Assembly: GCA_036785375.1 (NCBI GenBank)
Contig: JAWMAR010000508.1
Span: 992,001-1,056,000 of the forward strand
Reading direction: 5' to 3'
Length of the DNA: 64,000 nucleotides
DNA from: Leucoraja ocellata
Lineage: Eukaryota
Shown: positions 22,916 through 34,399 of the stretch, piece by piece
Layout of the letters: each line of letters starts with the position of its first letter
Numbering within the stretch: the first letter of the stretch is position 1
Notes under the pieces: model-generated
The model's database searches: none
What the model saw: the letters and a program-made list of their open reading frames with translations, nothing else
Told to the model about the DNA's origin: nothing
Made by a program: the position numbers and the translations under genes

Positions 22916-24389
22916 TTGCGGTGACCGATTAGGAAAAGAGGAGATGCAGCGAGACCTGGGTGTCATGGTACAACAGTCCTTGAAAGTAGGCATGCAGGTG
23001 CAGCAGGCAGTGAAGAAAGCGAATGGTATGTTAGCATTCATAGCAAAAGGATTTGAGTCTAGGAGCAGGGAGGTTCTACTGCAGTTGTACAGGGTCTTGG
23101 TCCCTTCTTCAGACTGGGGGAATAGAGGGTAGAAAATTGGAAATGCAAAGTCATAGTCATAGAGTGATACAGGGTGGAAACGGGCCCTTCGGCCCAACTT
23201 GCCCACACTGGCAAACATGTCCCAGCTACGCTAGTCCCACCTACCCAAGTTTGGTTCATATCCCTCCAAACCTGTCCTACCCATATACATAGAAACATAG
23301 AAAACATAGAAATTAGGTGCAGGAGTAGGCCATTCGGCCCTTCGAGCCTGCACCGTCATTCAATATGATCATGGCTGATCATCCATCTCAGTATCCTGTA
23401 CCTGCCTTCTCTCCATACCCCCTGATCCCCTTAGTCACAAGGGCCACATCTAACTCCCTCTTAAATATAGCCAATGAACTGGCCTCAACTACCCCTTGTG
23501 GCAGAGAGTTCCAGAGATTCACCACTCTCTGTGTGAAAAAAGTTCTTCTCATCTCGGTTTTAAAGGATTTCCCCCTTATCCTTAAGCTGTGACCCCTTGT
23601 CCTGGACTTCCCCAACATCGGGAGCAATCTTACTGCATCTAGCCTGTCCAACCCCTTAAGAATTTTGTAAGTTTCTATAAGATTCCCTCTCAGTCTCCTA
23701 AATTCTAGAGAGCATAAACCAAGTCTATCCAGTCTTTCTTCATAAGACAGTCCTGACATCCCAGGAATCAGTCTGGTGAACCTTCTCTGCACTCCCTCTA
23801 TGGCAAGAATGTCCTTCCTCAGATTTGGAGACCAAAACTGCAATACTCCAGGTGTGGTCTCACCAAGACCCTGTACAACTGCAGTAGTACCTCCCTGCTC
23901 CTATACTCAAATCATTTTGCTATGAATATCCCTGTCTGTGTATAACAGCCCTATCGAAATATATGCTCGCATTGAGTTTGCTCTCTATATTAGCATTATC
24001 ACTATAACTTATGAAGTGGCAGAAACTCGAGAGGCCCAACGACCTCTTGATATATGAGGAAATAGACAGAAGTTGTGACAGGAAATCTAGTGCTAAAAAT
24101 GAAAATGTTCTTTCACAGAATGATGGGAAATGTATCGCAGAGTTCCCCAAAGCTGAGGGTGCATAACACTCCCTTTAATGCTTTTAATGTATTTTAATTT
24201 TTAATTTAATGTAATTTAATTTAATTTAATAACACTCCCTTTAATGCTTTTAATGTCTTTTTAATTTTTACTGTTTTTATAGTCTTATGTGGTCTTAATG
24301 GTTTTAGTAGTTTGTAATAACTTTTTGTTGACTTCCCATGTACAGCACTTTGTGGTAACTGATGTTGTCTAAAAGCGCTTTATAAATAA

Positions 24390-24430
<41 letters not shown>

Positions 24431-27400
24431 TCGAGCAAACAAATGCTGGGGGAACTCGGCGGATCTGGGGGTGGTTAGACACAAAGGGCTGGAGTAACTC
24501 AACGGGATGGGCAGCATCTCTAGAGAGGAGGATTTCGTGTCGAGGGTGACATTTCAGACTGAGAGTCAGGGGAGAGGGAAATGAGAGATATGGACGGTGA
24601 TGTATATATAGAAGAAATGAATGAAATATGCAAAATAAGTAACAATGGTAAAGGAAACAGGCCGTTGTTAGCGATTTACTATGTGAGAACGAGAAGCTGG
24701 TGCAACTTGGGTGGGGGAGGGATGGAGAGAGGGGAAACGCAGGGGTTACTTGAAGTTACTTGAAGGCGGTAGGCAGCGCGACTCTCGTCAGCAGCGGCCT
24801 CTGCAGCCCGTCCGCGTTTTTTATTATTTTTGTCTATGTTTTTATGTAGTTTTGTTATTTTTTGTTGGGGTGTGTGTGTGGAGGAGGTGGGGGTGGGGTG
24901 GGAGGGAGGGGGTAACATTTAAATCTCTCCCTGCACGGGAGACCCGACCTTTTCTTTGTCGGGTCTCCGTTGTCGTTGGGGCTGCAACGAGGAGCGGCCT
25001 CCAACAGGAAGACCGGGGGCTCTGGTGCCGACGACTCACCTCACCGTCGAGTCCGTAGCGGGTGGAGCGGTGGTGGAGCGCTGCTGCTGCTGCGGCCCGA
25101 CCTCCGGAGAATCGGAGGCTGCAACTGCGGGTCTGGCGGACGGCGGCACTGGGAGCCCGCGGGTCCCTGGAGGGAGACCGCTTTTCAGGGCTCTCGCAAC
25201 GGCGACTTCTCCCGCCCGAGCTGCGGGGTCGAAGAGCTCCTGGAACGGGGCCTGACATCACCGCCCCGCGCGGCTTGGATTGGCCGCGGGACTCTGCGAG
25301 CGCACGCCGGGGTCTCCAACATCAAGAACCCGGTGTGCGACCTTGCATCACCCGGCGTGGCTTTACCCGGCGTGACATCGGGGGGGGGGGGAGTGCAGTG
25401 GAGAAATAAGTTTCATCAGTCTGAAGATGCATCAGTCTGAAGAAGGGTTTCGTCCCGAAACGTTGCCTATTTCCTTCGCTCCATAGATGCTGCTGCACCC
25501 GCTGAGTTTCTCCTGCAATTTTGTGTACCTAAAATCCTTAAGGGGTTGGACAGGCTAGATGCAGGAAGATTGCTCCCGATGTTGGGGAAGTCCAGGACAA
25601 GGGGTCACAGCTTAAGGATAATGGGGAAATCCTTTAAAACCGAGATGAGAAGAACTTTTTACACACAGGAAGTGGTGAATATCTGGAACTCTCTGCCACA
25701 GAGGGTAGTCGAGGCCAGTTCATTGGCTATATTTAAGAGGGAGTTAGATGTGGCTAAGGGGATCAGAGGGTATGGAGAGAAGGCAGGTACGGGATACTGA
25801 GTTGGATGATCAGCCATGATCATATTGAATGGCGGTGCAGGCTCGAAGGGCCGAATGGCCTACTCCTGCACCTAATTTATATGTTTCTATGTTTCTATGA
25901 AAAGAGCGCCCTTTAATTCTGAGGCTGTGCCCTCTGGTCTTAGACTCTCCCACCAGTGGAAACATCCTCTCCACATCCACTCTATCCAGGCCTTTCACTA
26001 TTCTGTACGTTTCAATGAGGTACTCCCCTCATCATTCTAAACTCCTGCGAGTACAGGCCCAGTGCCTCAAGCACTCATCATATGCTAACCCTCTCATTCC
26101 TGGGATCATTCTTGTAAACCTCCCCTGGACTCTCTCCAAGAAACAGGAAGGGGCTGGAGGGGAGGGAGTTCGAGCCCGGGGAGGGGTGGCGTGGGAGGGG
26201 GGTGGTATATGGGAGTGAATGGTGTTAGGTTAGGTAAGGGGGGAGGTGCAGCGAGACCTGGGTGTCCTTGTACACCGGTCACTGAAAGTTGGCGTGCAGG
26301 TACAGCGGGCAGTGAAGAAAGCTAATGGAATGTTGGCCTTCATAACAAGAGGATTTCAGTACAGGAGTAAAGAGGTTCTTCTGCAGTTGTATAGGGCTCT
26401 GGTGAGACCACATCTAGAGTATTGTGTACAGTTTTGGTCTCCTAATTTGAGGAAGGACATTCTTGTGATTGAGGCAGTGCAGCGTAGGTTCACGAGATTG
26501 ATCCCTGGGATGGCGGGACTGTCCTATGAGGAAGGATTGAAAAGACTATGCTTGTATTCACTGGAGGTTAGAAGGATGAGGGGGGAAAGCTTTTCCAACT
26601 GAGAGTAGGGAAGATTCAAACAAGGGGACATGACTTGAGAATTAAGGGACTGAAGTTTAGGGGTAACATGAGGGGGAACTTCTTTACTCAGAGAGTGGTG
26701 GCTGTGTGGAATGAACTTCCAGTGAAGGTGGTGGAGGCATGTTCGTTTTTACCATTTAAAAATAAATTGGATAGTTATATGGATGAGAAGGGAATGGAGG
26801 GTTATGGTATGAGTGCAGGCAGGTGGGACTAAGGGAAAAAAAGTTGTTCGGTACGGACTTGTAGGGCTGAGATGGCCTGTTTCCGTGCTGTAATTGTTAT
26901 ATGGTTATATGGTTATGAGTTCTCATGTACAGCACTTTGTGGCAACTGCAGTTGTTTAAAGTGCTTTATAAATAAAGTTATTATTATTATATGAAAGTCC
27001 TGCCATCCCAGGAATCAGTCTGGTGAACCTTCTCTGTACTCCCTCTATGGCAAGAATGTCTTTCCTCAGATTAGGAGACCAAAACTGTACGCAATTCTCC
27101 ACGTGTGGTCTCACCAAGACCCTGTACAACTGCAGTAGAACCTCCCTGCTCCTATACTCAAATCCTTTTGCTATGATCCTTTTGCCGCATCAGCAAAAAC
27201 GACATAATCTGCGAACAATCTCCGTGCTGTTACCAATCCTTCACTCCCACTGTCCCCACTCCACATGGACCAAAACTCCAACCCCAATCTATCTCAGTCC
27301 ACACTCCCATCTCCTCCCCATTCCCTCCCACCATGGAGCAAAACTCTCTCCCACTCCCCACACTGACTATAGACCCAATCACCTCCCCACTCTCTCCTCA

Positions 27401-28263
27401 CGGATCCAACCCCTTCCCACATGTCACAATAAACTAAAAAGTAACTAAACTCTACTCCATCCCAGCGTCGGGATGTCAGGGCTTTCATATGAAGAAAGAT
27501 TGGATAGACTCGGCTTGTACTCGCTAGAATTTAGAAGATTGAGGGGGGATCTTATAGAAACGTACGACATTCTTAAGGGGTTGGACAGGCTAGATGCAGC
27601 AAGATTGTTCCTGATGTTGGGGAAGTCCAGAACAAGGGGCCACACAGTTTAAGGATAAGGGGGAAATCTTTTAGGACAGAGATGAGAAAAGCATTTTTCA
27701 CACACAGAGAGTGGTGAATCTGTGGAATTCTCTGCCACAGAAGGTAGTTGAGGCCACAGTTCATTGGCTATATTTAAGAGGGAGTTAGATGTGGCCCTTG
27801 TGGCTAAGGGGATCAGGGGGTATGGAGAGAAGTCAGGTACAGGATACTGAGTTGGATGATCAGCCATGATCATATTGAATGGCGGTGCAGGCTCGAAAGG
27901 CCGAATGGCCTCTACTCCTGCACCTAAATTGAATGTTTCTATGTTTCTATGAAAGGTTCAGAGAGATATGGGCCAAATGGGACTTATTTAGATGGGACAC
28001 TTGGACGAGTTGGGCCGAATGGCACCTATTGTCTATGTTTCTATGTCTATGGATGAGATAGAAACATCAGGTCCAGGATACTTGGGCAATCTGCCCTGCC
28101 CCTCTCCCAGACACAGTGGTAGCGGTGGGGAGGGGGGGGGGGGGGGTTATGATTGGAGAGGGCCCTGATTTTAGGCTGACGCAGTGTCTACCTCCCCTCT
28201 TTCTCGTTCTGGTGAGTAAATGGCAGTGAAGACATTCGGACAGTTTCCAGATCATCCCGCACC

Positions 28264-28376
28264 TCATTTGTAGCTACAACACGCTGGCCAGACGATTACA
28301 GGGACTACGCCTATGAAGATGACGGCAAGAACGATCAGGGCCACGATGCATTTCCAGGACCTTTCCGAGCCACGTA
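28264..28376 (-). CDS. Siglec-like cassette B, transmembrane exon ending in a stop
   Basis: Acceptor ctccacccctcag| then (L)RGSERSWKCIVALIVLAVIFIGVVPVIVWPACCSYK*. Confidence 0.8.
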
Positions 28377-29433
28377 CTGAGGGGTGGAGAAAGCAGTCAA
28401 TGTGAGCCCAGCTCTGAGAAACAGACACGACAACATAACCTCAACTCCAGCCCAGACCGGGCGGTAGGCAGCGCGACTCTCGTCAGCAGCGGCCTCTGCA
28501 GCCCGTCTGCGTTTTTATTATTTTTTGTCTATGTTTTTATGTAGTTTTTGTTATTTTTTGTTGGGGTGTGTGGCGGGGGGTGGGGGTGGGGGTGGAAGGG
28601 AGGGGGTAACTTTTAAATCTCTCCCTGCACGGGAGACCCAACCTTGTCTTTGTCGGGTCTCCGTTGTCGTTGGGGCTGCAACGAGGAGCGGCCTCCAACA
28701 GGAGAAGACCGGGGGCTCTGGTGCCGACGACTCGCCTCACCGTCGCGGAGCTGGCCGAGTCCGGAGCGGGTGGAGCGGTGGTCGAGCGCTGCTGCTGCTG
28801 CGGCGCGACCTCCGGAGATTCGGAGCCTGCAACTGCGGGTCTGGCGGACGGCGGCACCGGGAGCCCGCGGGTCCCTGGAGGGAGATCGCTTTTCAGGCTC
28901 CCGCAACGGCGACTTCTCCCGCCCGAGTTGCGGGGTTGAAGAGCTCCTGGAGCGGGGCCTTACATCAAAGCCCCGTGCGGCTTGGAATGGCCACGGGACT
29001 CTGCGAGTGCACGCCGGGGGCTCTAACATCAAGACCCGGTGTGCGACCTTGCATCAACCGGCGTGGCTTTAATGGCCGCGGGACAATCGCCATCGCCAGC
29101 CGGGGGCTTTGACTTTGACTGTGACATCGGGGGGGGGGGGGGGGGGGGGGGGGAGTGCAGTGGAGAAATAAGTTTTTTTGGCCTTCCATCACAGCAATGT
29201 GATGGATGTTTAGGTAAATTATGTTGTGTCTTGGGTCTATTTGTTTGTAATGTATGGCTGCAGAAACGGCATTTCGTTTGGACCTCAAGGGGTCCAAATG
29301 ACAAACAAATTGAATCTTGATCTTGATTAGCAATAAGGAGTTTTAAGGGCACAGACGGGTTATGAAACCACCAAAATGGATAACCTCACATTTATGATGT
29401 ATTGAGGGGATATGACAGTCTGTGTCTACTCAC

Positions 29434-29715
29434 ATTCTACAGTGAGGGTCACATCCCTCTCTGCTGTCCCGTGTTTATTCTCTGCCACACACTGATAGAC
29501 CCCAGCATCCTGCCATGTCAGCTGAGGGAACTCCATCCACAGCTCGTTGTTGGAACGTGTTGTGTTCAGCGTGACACCGAGATGTCTCCACGTCAGGTTA
29601 GATGCTGGGAAACTCTGGACGGAGCAGAGGATCGCTGCAGAGTTTCCTTCCTTTACACTGACCCAGGAACTGTTCACGTAATCGGGGGAAGTGATTGAGA
29701 GATTCCGCGGGGCAT
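29434..29715 (-). CDS. Siglec-like cassette B, Ig domain 4 exon
   Basis: 282-nt phase1-1 exon, (Y)APRNLSI...ILCSVQSFP...DAGVYQCVAENKHG...LTVE, with canonical splice sites. Confidence 0.9.
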
Positions 29716-31752
29716 CTACAAACAGATAAAATTCAGCAATCAGTTTTGTGGCACTTCCATGATTAACAATGTTACAAAATTTTGAGATTTAAAAAATCAA
29801 GTCTGTAATTTATCCCATCAGATAAACCTAATTCACTTTCATATCTCAAGTATTTAAAAAGTTATGGCCATTTTCATACTCGGAAATTAGCATCTTGTTC
29901 CCTATTGATTTTCTATGGACATAACAAAAAAGCTGTGATCGCGTGCTGTCAAAAGGCCATAACCTTCTTAAAAATTAAGAGAACTGAATGAAATTTTCAG
30001 TTATCGTAGATTGAAGCATTCTGAAACAAATATAAAATAATCTTACTTGGATGACCTGAAATTAAAAACATATAATTAGTTAGTTACCCAAGTGTAGCAA
30101 ATTTCAAACTCAATTACTAGATCTAAACATCTATCCATTTCTTAATAAATGATTAACATTTTTAAATAGCCCAAGTGTCCAAATAATATTCATAAATAAT
30201 TCACAATACAATATGATTTTGAAATCTCATTTACATTAATTTATAGGCCAAATGGAAGGAATTTAGTGTTCAATTTGCTGCAAATTAAAGTCCATTTAAA
30301 TCAGCTTTCTAGTGGGTTCCTGTGGAACGCGCTGGTTTTAGAAACGTTCACATTGCGCTGGATTTGTGCCTCAAATGCCCAGAAAAAACACTGCGGGATA
30401 TAAAGAGCCAAAATGACCTACTCGCTATAGAAAACTTTGTATAAAGGGTTCTTAAGAAGCCCCTTTTTAATGTAAAAATAAGGTACATACCTTTAATTGT
30501 TTGCTTTATAAAACCCTGGGGGCTGCGAGAGGTCGCGGGTTTAGAGAGTGATTTTTAAACTACTATAACTATTATACAAGGCCATAAAAACTAATAATAC
30601 CTTTTGCGACGGGGTATTTCAGCGATTTTTCGTTAATGATTTACTAGGCTGAACATTTTCGATTGGAACAGCCTAGTAAAAATCCGCTTTTAAAACCCGC
30701 CCCCTCTAAACAGCGCCAAACTCTCACACACGGGCTGGGGCAGATTCTCAATGACGCTTCAGTTAGGTTTTGTAACATACCTACACAATAGTCTATGTTT
30801 AGGGAAATGAGAGATAGACAATGGTGTAGAGAGATAAAGAACAATGAATGAATGATGTGCAAAAAAAAGTAACCATGATAAAGGAAACAGGCCATTGTTC
30901 GCTGTTTGTTGGATGAGAACGAGAAGCTGGTGCGACTTGGGCGGGGGAGAGATAGAGAGGTGGTGGCCGACTAGGAAAGAGTGAGATGCAGCGAGACCTG
31001 GGTGTCATGGTACACCAGTCATTGAAGGTAGGCATGCAGGGTGCAGCAGGCAGTGAAGAAAGCGAATGGTATGTTAGCTTCCATAGCAAAAGGATTTCAG
31101 TATAGGAGCAGGGAGGCTCTACTGCAGTTGTACAGGGTCTTGGTGAGACCACACCTGGAGTATTGCGTACAGTTTTGGTCTCCAAATCTGAGGAAGGACA
31201 TTATTGCCATAGAGGGAGTGCAGAGAAGGTTCACCAGACTGATTCCTGGGATGTCAGGACTGTCTTATGAAGAAAGATTGGATAGACTTGGTTTATACTC
31301 TCTAGAATTTAGGAGATTGAGAGGGGATCTTATAGAAACTTACAAAATTCTTAAGGGGTTGGACAGGCTAGATGCAGAAAGATTGCTCCCGATGATGGGG
31401 AAGTCCAGGACAAGGGGTCACAGCTTAAGGATAAGGGGGAAATCCTTTAAAACCGAGATGAGAAGAACTTCTTTCAACACAGAGAGTGGTGAATCTCTGG
31501 AACTCTCTGCCACAGAGGGTAGTTGAGGCCACCAGTTCATTGGCTATATTTAAGAGGGAGTTAGATGTGGCCCTTGTGGGCTAAGGGGGATCAGTGGTAT
31601 GGAGAGAAGGCAGGTACGGGATACTTAGTTGGATGATCAGCCATGATCATATTGAATGGCGGTGCAGGCTCGAAGGGCCGAATGGCCTCTACTCCTGCAC
31701 CTAATTTCTATGTTTCTATGTTTCTAGGACATGTCAGTGTGTGTCTACTCAC

Positions 31753-32034
31753 ATTCTACAGTGAGGGTCCCATTCCTCTCTGCTGTCCCGTGTTCATTCT
31801 CTGCCACACACTGATAGACCCCAGCGTCCTGCCATGTCAGCTGAGAGAACTCCATCCACAGTTCGTTGTTGGAACGTGTTGTGTTCAGCGTGGCACCGAG
31901 ATGTCTCCACGTCAGGTTAGATGTTGGGAAACTGTGGACAGAGCAGAGGATCGCTGGAGAGTTTCCTTCCTTTATACTGACCCAGGAACTGTTCACGTCA
32001 TCGGGGGAAGTGATTGATAGATTCTGGGGGGCGT
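31753..32034 (-). CDS. Siglec-like cassette B, Ig domain 3 exon
   Basis: 282-nt phase1-1 exon, (Y)APQNLSI...ILCSVHSFP...W...DAGVYQCVAEN...LTVE, with tttgtag acceptor and gtgagt donor. Confidence 0.9.
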
Positions 32035-34104
32035 CTACAAACAGATAAAATTCAGCAATCAGTTTTGTGGCACTTACATAGAAACATAGAAATTAGGTGC
32101 AGGAGTATGCCGTTCGGCCCTTCGAGCCTGCACCGCCATTCAATATGAACATGGCTGATCATCCAACTCAGTATCCAGTACCTGCCTTCTCTCCATACCC
32201 CCTGAGCCCCTTAGCCACAAGGGCCACATCTAACTCCCTCTTAAATATAGCCAATGAACTGTGGCCTCGACTACCCTCTGCGGCAGAGAGTTCCAGAGAT
32301 TCACCACTCTCTGTGTGAAAAAAACGTTCTTCTCATCTCGGTTTTAAAGGATTTCCCCCTTATTCTTAAGCTGTGACCCCTTGTCCTGGACTTCCCCAAC
32401 ATCGGGAGCAATCTTCCCTGCATCTAGCCTATCCAACCCCTTAAGAATTTTGTAGTTTCTATAAGATCCCCTCTCAATTACCTAAATTCTAGAGAGTATA
32501 AACCAAGTCTATCCAGTCTTTCTTCATAAGACAGTCCTGACATCCCAGGAATCAGTCCTGGTGAACCTTCTCTGCACTCCCTCTATGGCAAGAATGTCCT
32601 TCCTCAGATTTGGAGACCAAAACTGTACGCAATACTCCAGGTGTGGTCTCACCAAGGACCCTGTACAACTGCAGTAGAACCTCCCTGCTCCTATACTCCT
32701 ATGGGAGAAGCCAGAGGGTAATGGTGGATGGCTGTTTTTCGGGTTGGAGGCAGTTGATTAGTGGGGGTGCCTCAGGGACCTGTGTTGGGTCCTTTGTTGT
32801 TTGTCATGTACAATCAATGATCTGGATGAAGGTGTGGTAAATTGGATTAGTAAGTATGCAGATGATACCAAGATAGGGGGGAGTTGTGGATAATGAAGAG
32901 GATTTCCAAGTCTACAGAGTGATTTAGGCCATTTGGAAAAATGGGCTGAAAGATGGCAGATGGAGTTTAAATGCTGATAAATGTGAGGTGCTACACCTTG
33001 GCAGGACAAATCAAAATAGGACGTACATGGTAAATGGTATGGAATTGAAGAATACAGTTGAACAGAGGGATCTGGGTATAACGTGCATAGTTCCTTGAAG
33101 GTGGAATCTCATATAGATAGGGTGGGAAAGTAAGCTTTTGGTATGCTAGCCTTTATAAATCAGAGCATTGAGTATAGAAGCTGGGATGTAATGTTAAAAT
33201 TGTACAAGGCATTGGTGAGACCAAATCTGGAGTATGGTGTACAATTTTGGTCGCCCAATTATAGGAAGGATGTCAACAAAATAGAGAGAGTACAGAGGAG
33301 ATTTACTAGAACGTTGCCTGGGTTTCAACAACTAAGTTACAGAGATAGGTTGAATAAGTTAGGTCTTTATTCTCTGGAGCGCAGAAGGTTAAGGGGGGGA
33401 CCCTGATAGAGGTCTTTAAAAATGATGAGAGGGATAGACAGAGTTGATGTGGACAAGCTTTTCCCTTTGAGAATAGGGAAGATTCAAACAAGAGGACATG
33501 ACTTCAGAATTAAGGGACAGAAGTTTAGGGGTAATATGAGGGGGAACTTCTTTACGCAGAGAGTGGTGGCGGTGTGTGGAATGAGCTCCCAGTGGAAGTG
33601 GTGGAGGCAGGTTCATTGGTATCATTTAAAAATAAATTGGATAGGCATAATGGATGAGAAGGGAATGGAGGGTCATGGTATGAGTGCAGGCAGGTGGGAC
33701 TAAGGGGAAAAAATTGTTCGGCATGGACTTGTACGGCCGAGATGGCCTGTTTCCGTGCTGTAATTGTTATATGGTTTATATGGTTATACTCAAATCCTTT
33801 TGCTATGAAAGCTAACATACCATTCGGTTTCTTCACTGCCTGCTGCACCTGCATGTCTACTTTCAATGACTGGTGTACCATGACACCCAGGTCTCGCTGC
33901 ATCACCCCCTTTTTCCTAGTCGGCCACCAGGTTATGGGGAGAAGGCAGGAGAAAGGGGGTTAGGAGGGAGAAATAGATCAGCCGTGATTGACTGGCGGAG
34001 TGGACTTGATGGCCTAGTTCTGCTCATATCGCCTATGACCTTGTATACCAGCACTGCTAATGGATTATTGCTGTTCCTCCACAATGAACGATCTCCGTAC
34101 TTAC

Positions 34105-34399
34105 ATTGAACAGCCATTGTGAGGATCTGCTCGGATGAGACTGTTGGGTATAGCGACTCTGCAGGTGAGGTTTTGCCCGTGATGTTTGAGTGCTGGGGTC
34201 AGGTACAGAACAGAAGTATATGTCAGAGTGTCTCCCTGCTGAGTTACGCTGCGTGAGGCTAACAGCGGTTCATCAGCGGGGGTGACCCAGGTTAAGGTGG
34301 GGGCTGTTCCATCACACGTGGTGTAGAAGGAGCAGGTCATGTTCACAGGCCGACCTGCCACCATTTCAGCAGGGAATATCGTGGGTTTATCTGTGAAAT
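34105..34399 (-). pseudogene. Siglec-like cassette B, domain 2 (C2-set) exon with a 1-nt insertion frameshift
   Basis: 295 nt versus 294 nt in cassette A. An extra base near 34152 (gggtatagcg vs gggtatgcg) shifts the frame after TCRVA. It lies in an indel-rich stretch, so it may be an assembly error. Confidence 0.8.
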
